Of a stretch of DNA of 30,953 nt, positions 15,818-24,962 are shown piece by piece. The translations under genes were made by a program, and so were the position numbers. Origin of the DNA: Candidatus Thorarchaeota archaeon (lineage in GTDB: Archaea > Asgardarchaeota > Thorarchaeia > Thorarchaeales > Thorarchaeaceae); NCBI GenBank assembly GCA_016839605.1, contig JAEOTX010000139.1, forward strand, positions 1 through 30,953, read 5' to 3'. The notes below the pieces were generated by a model. That model saw only the letters and a program-made list of their open reading frames with translations, made no database searches and was not told where the DNA came from. The number at the start of each line of letters is the position of its first letter. The stretch's first letter is position 1.

Positions 15818-17536
15818 ATGCCTAAAGAATCACTTCAGAAAGAACTAGAACATATCCTAAGAGAGGACTTGATGTTCGCTTGTCAGTACTGGGACATCGA
15901 TGTCAGTGGGAGTGACTCTGGTACGAAGCTTGTATCACTACTTGCTGGAAAGATGAAGGACAAAGAAACCAGAGGTCGCGTCTTCGGGACATTCTCCGAC
16001 AGAGAGAAGGACCTTCTTGGAATGCTCGCGCTGAACAAGGGCGCTATGAGCTACGATAGACTCAAACCATTTAGAAAGATATACAGCTACGGGCAGCTCA
16101 ATCAAACTGAGCGGGACTTAAGGAAGAAAGGCATAATCATTCGGAGGCTTTTGTCGAGGCTAACAGATTTCGGAAGAGAGGTTGCAGAGTTCAAGATCCT
16201 GGACTATCTCACGCCATTCCTTTCGGATATGTTCTCCGAGAAACCCGAGCCCAGCAGGGAATTGCCTAAGAAAGCCCGAAACATCACAGATGATCGTGAT
16301 ACTCTTCTTCTAGACATGTTGTTGCTTGCATCGTATCTGGCAAAACACGACGTGAGAATGACAAGCTCTTGGGAGTTTCCAAAAAGAGAGGCGGATCAGA
16401 TTCGAGTAGCAATGTCAAAACCAACTGAGGAACGATTTGAACTGGTCCAAAAGATGGCGAGAAAGGCTGGCGTGTATGTGATTGTAGAGGAAGATAGAGT
16501 TGTCCCTGGCAAGATTGAATCCCTATTCTCAGGGAAGCAGGATACAGTTTCACGCAGATTCCTTCTGTCTTCACTTGGGCGAACACGTGCGATATGGGCA
16601 ACGCCAGACCAGCCGACAGAGTATACCATGAACCTGGCGATCTGTAGACTTAGAGAAAGTGACAAAGAGGAATGGATACCAATAGATGAGATGAAAGAGT
16701 GGATTCGTTCTGAACTCTTCATTGATGCTCAACCCTTGAAGTGGGTACAGGTTGATGCTGACAGAGTAAGACTTGCTCTGGAAACCCCACTGCGTCTGGG
16801 CCTTGTAGAAGGTGCCTACAGGGGAAAGAATCTGGTTGCTGTCAAGTTGACCGGGGTGGGAGAAAAAGTTCTAGCTGAGTCTTCCGAAGAAGAGGCAGCA
16901 GCTGATAAAACATTCTTTGTACTCCCCAACTTCGAGGTCACCACTTTCACATCTGAAATGGATTATTACAAGGTTTACCAGCTTATGCTGTTCACAGAAC
17001 CGACCAAAACGGATATTGTAAGCACCTACAAGATAACGGATAAATCAGTTTTCGAAGCAATTGAAATTGGGCTCAGAGAAAGCACAATGCTCGAATTCTT
17101 GAAGGAAGAGAGCAGCAAACCGGTCCCTAGGAATGTACACAGGTCGATTAAGGACTGGACCTCCCAGACAACCTTTGCGACTGTTTCAGACATTATGCTC
17201 TTTGAAACAGAAACGGAGAGAGAGATGGAGGATCTACTTCTCCTAGATGATTTTGCAAAATATGTTGTCAGAAGGATTGGACCGACCGCAATGATAGTTT
17301 CAGGTGACATGGACCAACTAGATGAAGACCTGGGGGAACACAAATGCAATGTTAGGCTGGAAGGCAAGCAGGCTCCTCCAATCGAGATTACTCCAGGTAC
17401 TGCAGTTGCGGAACAAGTACTCCTTTATGGCGAGCATACAGTCACCGACGTCCCAGAAGCATGTCTTGGTTGTCCAGCAATTCAATCGTGCAACAGAATC
17501 GTCAGGCGGAAAGCACGGGTGAAGAGAGCGACATGA
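15818..17536 (+). CDS. Helicase-associated protein with Helicase_C_3 domain (p52/Tfb2-like architecture), probable XPB partner
   Basis: FFVLPNFEV...LMLFTE...STYKITDKSVFEAIEIG...MLEFLKEESSKPVPRNVHRSIKDW aligns by eye with the XPB N-domain in this window. No Walker motifs. C-terminal CLGCPAIQSC. ATG 15818 preferred. Confidence 0.75.
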   Translation: MPKESLQKELEHILREDLMFACQYWDIDVSGSDSGTKLVSLLAGKMKDKETRGRVFGTFSDREKDLLGMLALNKGAMSYDRLKPFRKIYSYGQLNQTERDLRKKGIIIRRLLSRLTDFGREVAEFKILDYLTPFLSDMFSEKPEPSRELPKKARNITDDRDTLLLDMLLLASYLAKHDVRMTSSWEFPKREADQIRVAMSKPTEERFELVQKMARKAGVYVIVEEDRVVPGKIESLFSGKQDTVSRRFLLSSLGRTRAIWATPDQPTEYTMNLAICRLRESDKEEWIPIDEMKEWIRSELFIDAQPLKWVQVDADRVRLALETPLRLGLVEGAYRGKNLVAVKLTGVGEKVLAESSEEEAAADKTFFVLPNFEVTTFTSEMDYYKVYQLMLFTEPTKTDIVSTYKITDKSVFEAIEIGLRESTMLEFLKEESSKPVPRNVHRSIKDWTSQTTFATVSDIMLFETETEREMEDLLLLDDFAKYVVRRIGPTAMIVSGDMDQLDEDLGEHKCNVRLEGKQAPPIEITPGTAVAEQVLLYGEHTVTDVPEACLGCPAIQSCNRIVRRKARVKRAT

Positions 17537-18573
17537 GTGTAGTCAAGCTTCTTCCGGACGATTTGATAGGCGAATTCTACGCGGTAGGCAGTGTAAGTGA
17601 CAAGAGTCATGACGCTCCTCTTGAGTATACAAGCAAACTGAAGATTCCATATGCGTTCACACTCCCCAACTTGCGAGAAGAAGACATGATTCGTCAGTTT
17701 GCTGCTACCGTTCCAGAATTTGAGAAGGAGGGCAATCTAACTCAGAATATCGACTTGCATACTTTCAGGCAGTTTACAGAAAACGATGAGCCACTATTGC
17801 CCCATGAGAAGAACTTTGCCAGTTTGTTTCAAATGGTTGGCAAAAGAAGATTCGCCTACTTCAAGACCCAACAGACAGCTCCTGCTAGCATGTGCTTCAG
17901 CACTCGCGACAAGACAGGTAAACAACTGATCTCGAAAAGCATGTTCCATTTCTATGCTTCCTTAATGAAACGGATAGCTGAAGGACAACGGAGGCATCTA
18001 CATGGCCACTGTGATAGATTGATACTCTGCCAGGATGATCCAGCCTTAGGATTTGTAATTGAGATTATCAATAGAGGAGATGTTTCCAATCTCACTCTGA
18101 AACACATCGTGAAGGTGACGGATCAGATCTATCCAAATGACGTGATTCCTAGTTTCCATTACTGCGACGACTGGCGCAGCCTTAGTTCCAACGGATGGCA
18201 TCCGATATGGAGAAGTAGACCAAAGATAGCTCATCTTGATGTTCTTGCCTATTCACCTGACATAGATAACGAACAGGCTGAGATGATTAACAATTTCCTC
18301 GAGCGCGGAGGAGGGATAGCATTGGGGATTCTTCCGAATCGAGATGATGCACTCTCTGGGGAGATACCCGAAGTCCTTCATCGCAACCTAATGGCTACTC
18401 TCAAGGAATTTCATGATAGTGGCGTGAGCCTTGGTCTTCTTAGACCAAGATGTATGGTATCAACACAGTGCGGCCTGTACGCCGCTAGTGAATTATTATC
18501 GCGAAATATCCATCATCAGAGTTCACAATTCCCTGCAATCTATAAAGAAATCTTCTCCAAGCTTGGAGCATGA
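17533..18573 (+). CDS. Cobalamin-independent methionine synthase catalytic-domain-like protein (MetE/URO-D superfamily)
   Basis: AVGS, LCQDDPAL (canonical QIDEP), FHYC (HxC Zn ligands), GGGIALGI, STQCGL (third Zn Cys). ATG overlaps the upstream stop (ATGA). Confidence 0.7.
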   Translation: MSVVKLLPDDLIGEFYAVGSVSDKSHDAPLEYTSKLKIPYAFTLPNLREEDMIRQFAATVPEFEKEGNLTQNIDLHTFRQFTENDEPLLPHEKNFASLFQMVGKRRFAYFKTQQTAPASMCFSTRDKTGKQLISKSMFHFYASLMKRIAEGQRRHLHGHCDRLILCQDDPALGFVIEIINRGDVSNLTLKHIVKVTDQIYPNDVIPSFHYCDDWRSLSSNGWHPIWRSRPKIAHLDVLAYSPDIDNEQAEMINNFLERGGGIALGILPNRDDALSGEIPEVLHRNLMATLKEFHDSGVSLGLLRPRCMVSTQCGLYAASELLSRNIHHQSSQFPAIYKEIFSKLGA

Positions 18574-18640
18574 TTGTCCAATGAGATAGGCTTAAGTGAT
18601 GGAGGGTCCGGTCACCGTTCTTACAAGGCGGGAATTGCCC

Positions 18641-19507
18641 ATGAGTGAAGGAAAGAAAGAGCCCGGGATGATCATGAAATTCATCCAGGACTATCGGTTC
18701 AAGATGCTCATACCTGAGCTTCTAGTCGTCTTTGGTGTCTGGTATCTTCTTCCTGAATCCCTCACCATGAATGTCTTTTTGCTTCCAGATGTGCAATCAG
18801 CAATCGGCCCATTGGTCTACCTTTGTCAGCCTTTGGAACTTATTCTGCCAGGTATTCCATCTGGATTTCTCGCTCTTTTGACAGCATTCACCCTTCATGG
18901 AATCTATCCTCTCGATAATTACCATGAAGGAAAGATACCGGTCTTACCTAGGGCTGCGGTACTCATGATCCTCATTTCCTTCATTTTCCTCCCAGTTCTG
19001 GTAGCTTTTCAAATGCTGGGATATTACATGACCGAGGCTACTGAGTACTTCTCACGAAATCCACTCTGGGAACGGTTTGAGAGCTTTGGGGACCTGTTCT
19101 TCTATGCTGGGGCAATGTTCTTTGTTGGCCTTCAGTGGTGGATGTTCATACCTGTATTCTTCCTGTCGCAGGGGATTGATGGCATTCACAAGATTGGTCA
19201 TCATGAGACTTCGAATGAGAAGATAACCTGGTTGTTCTATTTCATATTTCCAGCATGCCTACCATTCTTCTTTAGTCCCATTGAGATTGTAGCAATGGCA
19301 GCATTGTCGATTCCAGCTTTCGCGTTCTATAGCTATATTCGACCTTACTACACATATGTCACCGCTGTCCATACACTGACATTTGCTGTGCTTGTACTGG
19401 TTACGATAATCATTGCACCGTATCTGCCGCTAATGAACCAGTGGATTCCAGGTTTCATTCCACCTCACGATCCAACGAGATTCTTTCCGCCACTCCTTGA
19501 ATGGTAG
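18641..19507 (+). CDS. Polytopic membrane protein, function unknown
   Basis: About 7-8 hydrophobic segments with polar motifs HGIYPLDNYHEG and DGIHKIGHHE. Confidence 0.65.
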   Translation: MSEGKKEPGMIMKFIQDYRFKMLIPELLVVFGVWYLLPESLTMNVFLLPDVQSAIGPLVYLCQPLELILPGIPSGFLALLTAFTLHGIYPLDNYHEGKIPVLPRAAVLMILISFIFLPVLVAFQMLGYYMTEATEYFSRNPLWERFESFGDLFFYAGAMFFVGLQWWMFIPVFFLSQGIDGIHKIGHHETSNEKITWLFYFIFPACLPFFFSPIEIVAMAALSIPAFAFYSYIRPYYTYVTAVHTLTFAVLVLVTIIIAPYLPLMNQWIPGFIPPHDPTRFFPPLLEW

Positions 19508-19535
19508 AGTCTTCTTAGGTTTAGGAATGGAAGAA

Positions 19536-19847
19536 CTACGTTTGACCCTCGAAAGTTGGCTTGCGAGTGGCCTCTTCTTCATCTTCCTCTCGGAGCTTGT
19601 GGCGGAATGGTCTGCCTTGTCCATAGATGGCAGGATCAGCATCCTTTGTCTTTGACATGATGACAGCAAAGCCACCAATCTGAATTGCAAGAGAGATGAA
19701 ACCTATCAGAGTAACATCATAGAAGAAGGGATGACTAATGAAGTCGGCAGGCTTTGTAAAAGCAATGAATGTGTAGGTGATTATCTGGATGATAATTCCT
19801 GCAATCAAAGCCAAGACCCATTTATTTGTCCAGTTTGACGATGCCAT
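19536..19847 (-). CDS. Small 2-TM membrane protein
   Basis: Two hydrophobic helices and a charged C-terminal tail. Confidence 0.65.
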   Translation of the reverse strand: MASSNWTNKWVLALIAGIIIQIITYTFIAFTKPADFISHPFFYDVTLIGFISLAIQIGGFAVIMSKTKDADPAIYGQGRPFRHKLREEDEEEATRKPTFEGQT

Positions 19848-19928
19848 TCTGCTTTCTCATCTCCGAGGATGGTTGATTCTCTCCGAAACTGAACCACAAT
19901 TAAAGATGCCTATGCATTCGTTCCTCGA

Positions 19929-20939
19929 CTACTTAGATGCATTGTAATTCTCGTTTAGCTGATCGGCTAGTAATAGAGCAAGTCTTCTGAAGTCACGGTT
20001 CGATATGCTTGGTACACCACTAGTTCTCTTAGGTATGTCAAATCTGGTCACAAACACAGATACCTCGCCATCCATCGATGTTTCCACCAAGGCAGGGTAT
20101 CTAGTTCCTATATCGTAGCGCTCCTTTCCTTTGGACACATGAGTTCCCTTGTAGACAGTTCCAACAAGATAGGGATATGCAAAGCCTGAGTGAGAAACCT
20201 GCACACCTACAGAAATGGTATCTGGAAGCCCCTCGAGGTAAGTCTTAATCTCAGCATCCAAGATAGTCTGGACGCCAGACCTTACTCCAAACTTGACATT
20301 GAGTCCAGCACGATATCCTTTGACCCCTTGCAACTCGCTAGCAAAGTCATATACGTTTCCTTTCACTGGTGCTTTGAAGAATTCCTCAGCATCAATAGCA
20401 GGGATTCTGAATCCATTGACAAACCCAGCCACTCCAACAATCGCATATAGGATGATGAGTAGGAGGAGAGAGTCTATTTGTGGATCAAAGAGTGGGACTG
20501 ACAATGTGAGAAAGTAAGCGGACAGAGCCCCTAAGGCAAAGGCGAATGGCAGCAGACAGAAGAATATGGTGAATCCTTCAGGATTGCCATAGAGATGGCC
20601 ATACGCATCTTCATAGTCCTCTACTGTCCTTTCATAATCACTATAGCTCATCCAGACTTTCGTTTCCTTCCACTCACCGGGAACATAGTCAATTGCACGT
20701 TTCGAAACGACACCGAAAACGGTTGATGCTAGAAGAACACCTACGGGAAAAATCAAGAACAGCCAGAAACCTACCTCTTCGTTTCCTGGGTTTGATAGTC
20801 TCAAAAAGGCTGCAACAGCAATAACGCCAATGAGTACTATCGTAAACACCTTGTTCACTGGGCCCTGTCTATTGTAATCCACTATCTCATCCTCGGTCAA
20901 TACAATCAACCCTGCTGCTATTTTGACAATCGGATTCAT
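19929..20939 (-). CDS. 4-TM membrane protein with C-terminal soluble domain (paralogue 3 of tandem trio)
   Basis: 2TM-loop-2TM-soluble layout; motifs W...DYEDAYGHL and DAEEFF. Confidence 0.75.
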   Translation of the reverse strand: MNPIVKIAAGLIVLTEDEIVDYNRQGPVNKVFTIVLIGVIAVAAFLRLSNPGNEEVGFWLFLIFPVGVLLASTVFGVVSKRAIDYVPGEWKETKVWMSYSDYERTVEDYEDAYGHLYGNPEGFTIFFCLLPFAFALGALSAYFLTLSVPLFDPQIDSLLLLIILYAIVGVAGFVNGFRIPAIDAEEFFKAPVKGNVYDFASELQGVKGYRAGLNVKFGVRSGVQTILDAEIKTYLEGLPDTISVGVQVSHSGFAYPYLVGTVYKGTHVSKGKERYDIGTRYPALVETSMDGEVSVFVTRFDIPKRTSGVPSISNRDFRRLALLLADQLNENYNASK

Positions 20940-20948
20940 CGAGATAAG

Positions 20949-21899
20949 CTAATCGATTGAAGGGGAGGAATCATAACTTGGTTCTGGGTCAAATCCAAGT
21001 TCCTCCATCAAGTCATCTAAAATCTCGTTGCTGCCATTCTCTTCAACATAGGTTGTGATGCACCATCGTACTATTCCTTCCAATTGATGCAACTCATTTC
21101 CAGGTTGCAGCTCCATCATCCTTTTAGATGCATCACCTTCCGCTGTGGAGGACACAGTACCAAAAGCAGTCAGTGGTGGAGAAATATCCCCTATGGTGAT
21201 CTCAACCTTGGCCACAGCCTCAATCCCTGCTATCCGGCCTATTGCAGCTGGACTTCGAAAAGCGTAGTATCCTCCAGCTTCTCCCATTGAAAACCCCACA
21301 CCGACCATAGCAAATCCAAGTGTATCTTCCAGGAGCTCGTATGCACGCTTAAGGCGCCTAGGATTCTCATAGTGAAAGTGTGTGCTCGCTTCATTCGAAA
21401 TACTACGATAGAAGTAACTCGTCAATAGGATTCCGTAAAACAACTCCAAGCCGCCATAAGTAAAAGGGAGAATGAAGACAAGATTGACGGAGATTGCGGC
21501 AACTAACGCGGGGAGTATCACAGCTGTGGCCATCATCACCAACGCAGCAGCAAGCAGTCTTTGGTCTTTTCGCGAAATCAGATGTGAATATCCTGAAGCA
21601 TAGTCGGCCATCATGTTGGCAAATGCATTATACTCAAGCTCTTGATTGTGGTAGTCCCAGTGCACATCCGGGTTAAATGTCACTCGACGCTTCATGACTC
21701 TCGCAATAATCCAGAATATTGGTGCTATAGCCAGCATGATGGAAAGGGCATACGCAAACCATAGGAGTGGGTCAGTGTATAAAATTACCACCAGATAGGA
21801 TGAAACCTCGACACCAGCAAAGGACAAGATAATGAGGACGGCAAAGAGTAGAATATAGTAAGGCATTAGTGATGAATACGTCACTGGCTCCTTAGTCAC
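20949..21899 (-). CDS. 4-TM membrane protein with C-terminal soluble domain (paralogue 2 of tandem trio)
   Basis: Same layout; motifs W...DYASGYSHL and NEASTHF. GAGGA SD-like motif precedes the GTG start. Confidence 0.75.
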   Translation of the reverse strand: MTKEPVTYSSLMPYYILLFAVLIILSFAGVEVSSYLVVILYTDPLLWFAYALSIMLAIAPIFWIIARVMKRRVTFNPDVHWDYHNQELEYNAFANMMADYASGYSHLISRKDQRLLAAALVMMATAVILPALVAAISVNLVFILPFTYGGLELFYGILLTSYFYRSISNEASTHFHYENPRRLKRAYELLEDTLGFAMVGVGFSMGEAGGYYAFRSPAAIGRIAGIEAVAKVEITIGDISPPLTAFGTVSSTAEGDASKRMMELQPGNELHQLEGIVRWCITTYVEENGSNEILDDLMEELGFDPEPSYDSSPSID

Positions 21900-21955
21900 A
21901 ATTTAGTCCTCGACACCATTCTAGAAACTTCATTGTTGAGCGTTGTGGTTGTAGA

Positions 21956-22954
21956 CTAGCCAACTCCAAGCTTTGCTAAGAGTGATGTGATTTCGTTAGA
22001 TTCACCTCGAAGTCGGGTGATTTCTAGCAGTATAATCGCAACTGCATTCTCTGTCACGAGACGCACATCTCGAACACTCAGCTCCTTGAAATGAGAGGGA
22101 ACAGGAAGTCGCACATAGTAGCCCGTATCTTCTGCATCAGTATATTTCCGGAAATTGCGATCTCTAGAAATCCACCACCAAACTACCTGACCATGTCCCT
22201 CACCCTCATGCAGCCGACACAGGACTCTCGCTATGGCTCTTAGGTCTTCGGACCAAGACTCGATATAGGCGTCATGTTCGAAACCTGCGATTCGCATGAC
22301 GATTCTGGGCTCTCTAAATATTCGGAACCCCTCATGAACCGCCTTGTCCAAGACAAGTCGAACCTGACTAATTCCAGGAGTCTTTGATTGAACATTCCCA
22401 AGCCAGAGGGCCTCTCGAATTAGTGGGAGAGCGAAGTCTTCTGATGCGTCGTTTGATGTAGCAAAGAACGCTCCGATAGAAGCGATAGCATGATTCAAAA
22501 TCAGTCCTGTAGGTAACATGAATTGTGTGGTAAACAGAACACTGGAATCGACAAAGGAGAGATAGAAAGGCATGCTGAAAAGAAGCATGATTACTATTAG
22601 GGGGAAATGATAGATCCAGTAGTTGCTCCTAGCTTCAAGTCGCATATAGTCACTGTGATATTCCTTGACCATATCGGGGACTTCTTCTAGCTTCATCTGA
22701 ATTGGTTCGAACTCCCAGTCCGGTCGGTTGTATTCTGCAATATGTTTCTTGGCGTACCAACCCATGAAATACGCAAGCATAACCGAAAGTGTGGGGAACC
22801 CAAGAAACAGTGCAATCACTAGTGTCAAATCAAACGGTAGGGGCAAGTAGGTTATTGATAGAAACAAGCCTACTACTAAGTTCAATATGAGCCCAACATC
22901 GAAAGCGATGATGAATCCCCAATATGACTTATAGATGACGGGACTAGCAGACAT
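21956..22954 (-). CDS. 4-TM membrane protein with C-terminal soluble domain (paralogue 1 of tandem trio)
   Basis: Same layout; motifs W...EYHSDYMRL and NDASEDF. Confidence 0.75.
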   Translation of the reverse strand: MSASPVIYKSYWGFIIAFDVGLILNLVVGLFLSITYLPLPFDLTLVIALFLGFPTLSVMLAYFMGWYAKKHIAEYNRPDWEFEPIQMKLEEVPDMVKEYHSDYMRLEARSNYWIYHFPLIVIMLLFSMPFYLSFVDSSVLFTTQFMLPTGLILNHAIASIGAFFATSNDASEDFALPLIREALWLGNVQSKTPGISQVRLVLDKAVHEGFRIFREPRIVMRIAGFEHDAYIESWSEDLRAIARVLCRLHEGEGHGQVVWWWISRDRNFRKYTDAEDTGYYVRLPVPSHFKELSVRDVRLVTENAVAIILLEITRLRGESNEITSLLAKLGVG

Positions 22955-23098
22955 CTCTCCACCGACTCACTCTATCGACGCCCATGCTCTCTTTAAGAGT
23001 TGCTGGTGACGGACACGGTATCTGTCAGACGTAAAGATTTATCAAGAAATATCAGATGTTTATTAACCATTGTTAATACCTAACGAGTGTGGGAAAAG

Positions 23099-23581
23099 AT
23101 GATAAAAACGGGTGACAAAGCACCAGATTTCGAAACAACAACGGAAAGTGGAGACAAATTCAGTCTCAGCGCCTATAAGGGAAAGAAAGTCTTTCTCTAC
23201 TTCTATCCAAAAGACAATACTTCAGGATGCAAGGCTGAAGCATGTTCAATCAGGGATAGCTACAGTGTGTTCGAGGGAAATGATATCCCAGTCTTTGGGG
23301 TTTCCGGCGGAACAGCTAAATCTCACCAGAGTTTCAAGGACAAGAATGACCTCCCATTTCCACTTCTCATGGATGAGGAGTTCAGGATAGCAAAACTCTA
23401 TGACGTCTATAAGACGAAGAAGATGTATGGTAAGGAATACTTGGGAATAGTACGGACTACGTTCCTTATCGATGAGAGTGGCAAAGTGGAGGGAATATTC
23501 GGTGGCACAGAGGGAATCGAGAAGGTCAAGACCAAGGAGCATGCGGACCAGGTCATCAAGTTCTGGGGGCTCAAGCTGTAG
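23099..23581 (+). CDS. bcp: Peroxiredoxin, BCP/PrxQ family
   Basis: GDKAPDF, YFYPKDNTSGCKAEAC (peroxidatic plus CxxxxC resolving Cys), RTTFLID. Confidence 0.92.
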   Translation: MIKTGDKAPDFETTTESGDKFSLSAYKGKKVFLYFYPKDNTSGCKAEACSIRDSYSVFEGNDIPVFGVSGGTAKSHQSFKDKNDLPFPLLMDEEFRIAKLYDVYKTKKMYGKEYLGIVRTTFLIDESGKVEGIFGGTEGIEKVKTKEHADQVIKFWGLKL

Positions 23582-23592
23582 GAGCGGATGCC

Positions 23593-24066
23593 ATGTTACG
23601 AGTAGGCGACGACGCCCCGGATTTCGAAACCGAAGACGACACGGGTAGCAAGTTCAAGCTAAGCAATTACCGAGGTAAGAAGTTAGTGTTATACTTCTAT
23701 CCCAAAGACTTCACACCAGGTTGCACTGCAGAAGCCTGCTCTATTCGTGACAGCTATCAGCTGTTCGAGGGCTCAGGGATTCCAATCTTTGGAATCTCAG
23801 GTGGCTCTGCAGAACTACATCAGAAATTCAGAAAGAAGCACAATCTGCCCTTCAATATCCTTGTAGACGAAGACCTCAACATAGCCAAGCTTTATGGAGC
23901 ATATAGCAGATTGAGTGTCATAGGAGCTGGAGTGAAACGCATCACATTCCTAGTCGATGAAGAAGGCAAGATTGAAGCTGTCTTCGGAGGCACTGAAGGG
24001 CTCGATCGAGTACGCTCTTCAGAACATGCTTCACAGATTGCGAGCTACTGGGGTCTCAAGCTCTAG
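23593..24066 (+). CDS. bcp: Peroxiredoxin, BCP/PrxQ family (tandem paralogue)
   Basis: GDDAPDF, YFYPKDFTPGCTAEAC, RITFLVD. Confidence 0.92.
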   Translation: MLRVGDDAPDFETEDDTGSKFKLSNYRGKKLVLYFYPKDFTPGCTAEACSIRDSYQLFEGSGIPIFGISGGSAELHQKFRKKHNLPFNILVDEDLNIAKLYGAYSRLSVIGAGVKRITFLVDEEGKIEAVFGGTEGLDRVRSSEHASQIASYWGLKL

Positions 24067-24806
24067 CGGCGTTCAATTTGCCGCAGTGGCCGAGCTACTG
24101 TGCTTAGGTAAATGACACTCTCATCTTCGCCATCTAGGTCTAGGAGTTCATTAAGTTCATCGTCATATATGGCACCAATCTGGCATGTGCCATAGCCAAG
24201 CGCTTCAGCAGCTAATGCCAAGTTTTGTGCGATGTGTCCTGCATCGAGGAATACGTAGCGGTAGGCACGCTGTAGGTACTTCCACTTTGATCGTTGAAAG
24301 ACAGCGGACCAAATGAATACCACCGCAGCCTTTTCAGTCATCTTCTGATCAAGAGCTCCGCGGCTGACGTTTCCTCCGAACTTCCCGGGTTTGAGGAAAT
24401 CGAGCTCATGGTGCGGGACGGAATAGTGATAGAGACCTGATTCCAAATCTGATACGCGATTGACACAGAGATAGGTTTCGATTGGGTATAAAGCCCCGGC
24501 AGAGGGCGCTGTACGTAGGTCATGGTCACTCACATTAGCAGTGACTCCTTGTGTTGCCCAAGCTAATTGTGACAAATCCTCAAGTGTCAGAGGATCGTCT
24601 GCATAGGCACGTCTACTGCGTCGAATGTTGAGGACCTTCCACAATCCAGCACCACCTTCACTGATTGGATCAGGAAGCTGGACCTTCTGAACGGATTCAT
24701 ACCTCTTGTAAGTCGGAGGCTTGTTACTCCAATCCAGTCTATGTCTAGGAAGATTACCCCTTGTGTACTTGGATTTTCGATAGAAATCATCACCGATGCC
24801 AGGCAT
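24063..24806 (-). CDS. SagB/ThcOx-family FMN-dependent nitroreductase-fold protein
   Basis: RRSRRAY, RTAPSAGALYPIE, GLYHY, KYLQRAYRYVFLDAGHIAQN. Confidence 0.9.
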   Translation of the reverse strand: MPGIGDDFYRKSKYTRGNLPRHRLDWSNKPPTYKRYESVQKVQLPDPISEGGAGLWKVLNIRRSRRAYADDPLTLEDLSQLAWATQGVTANVSDHDLRTAPSAGALYPIETYLCVNRVSDLESGLYHYSVPHHELDFLKPGKFGGNVSRGALDQKMTEKAAVVFIWSAVFQRSKWKYLQRAYRYVFLDAGHIAQNLALAAEALGYGTCQIGAIYDDELNELLDLDGEDESVIYLSTVARPLRQIERR

Positions 24807-24962
24807 TTGTCATCACGGCCAAAACAATACGGAGGGCTTATGAAATAGCTCTTGCAGCGGCATATCCAGAAGGCATAGACTTTAATCGTAGCTGCATATG
24901 CCCCGGTACCTGTGTGACGTACCGATATAGGTACGTTGAGCGACCCGAAGGGGCTCCATATA

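Noticed and set aside
24063-24806. SagB-like dehydrogenase as part of the RiPP-like locus
   Set aside because: About 18 kb away with no YcaO cyclodehydratase nearby; stand-alone members of this family are common in archaea.
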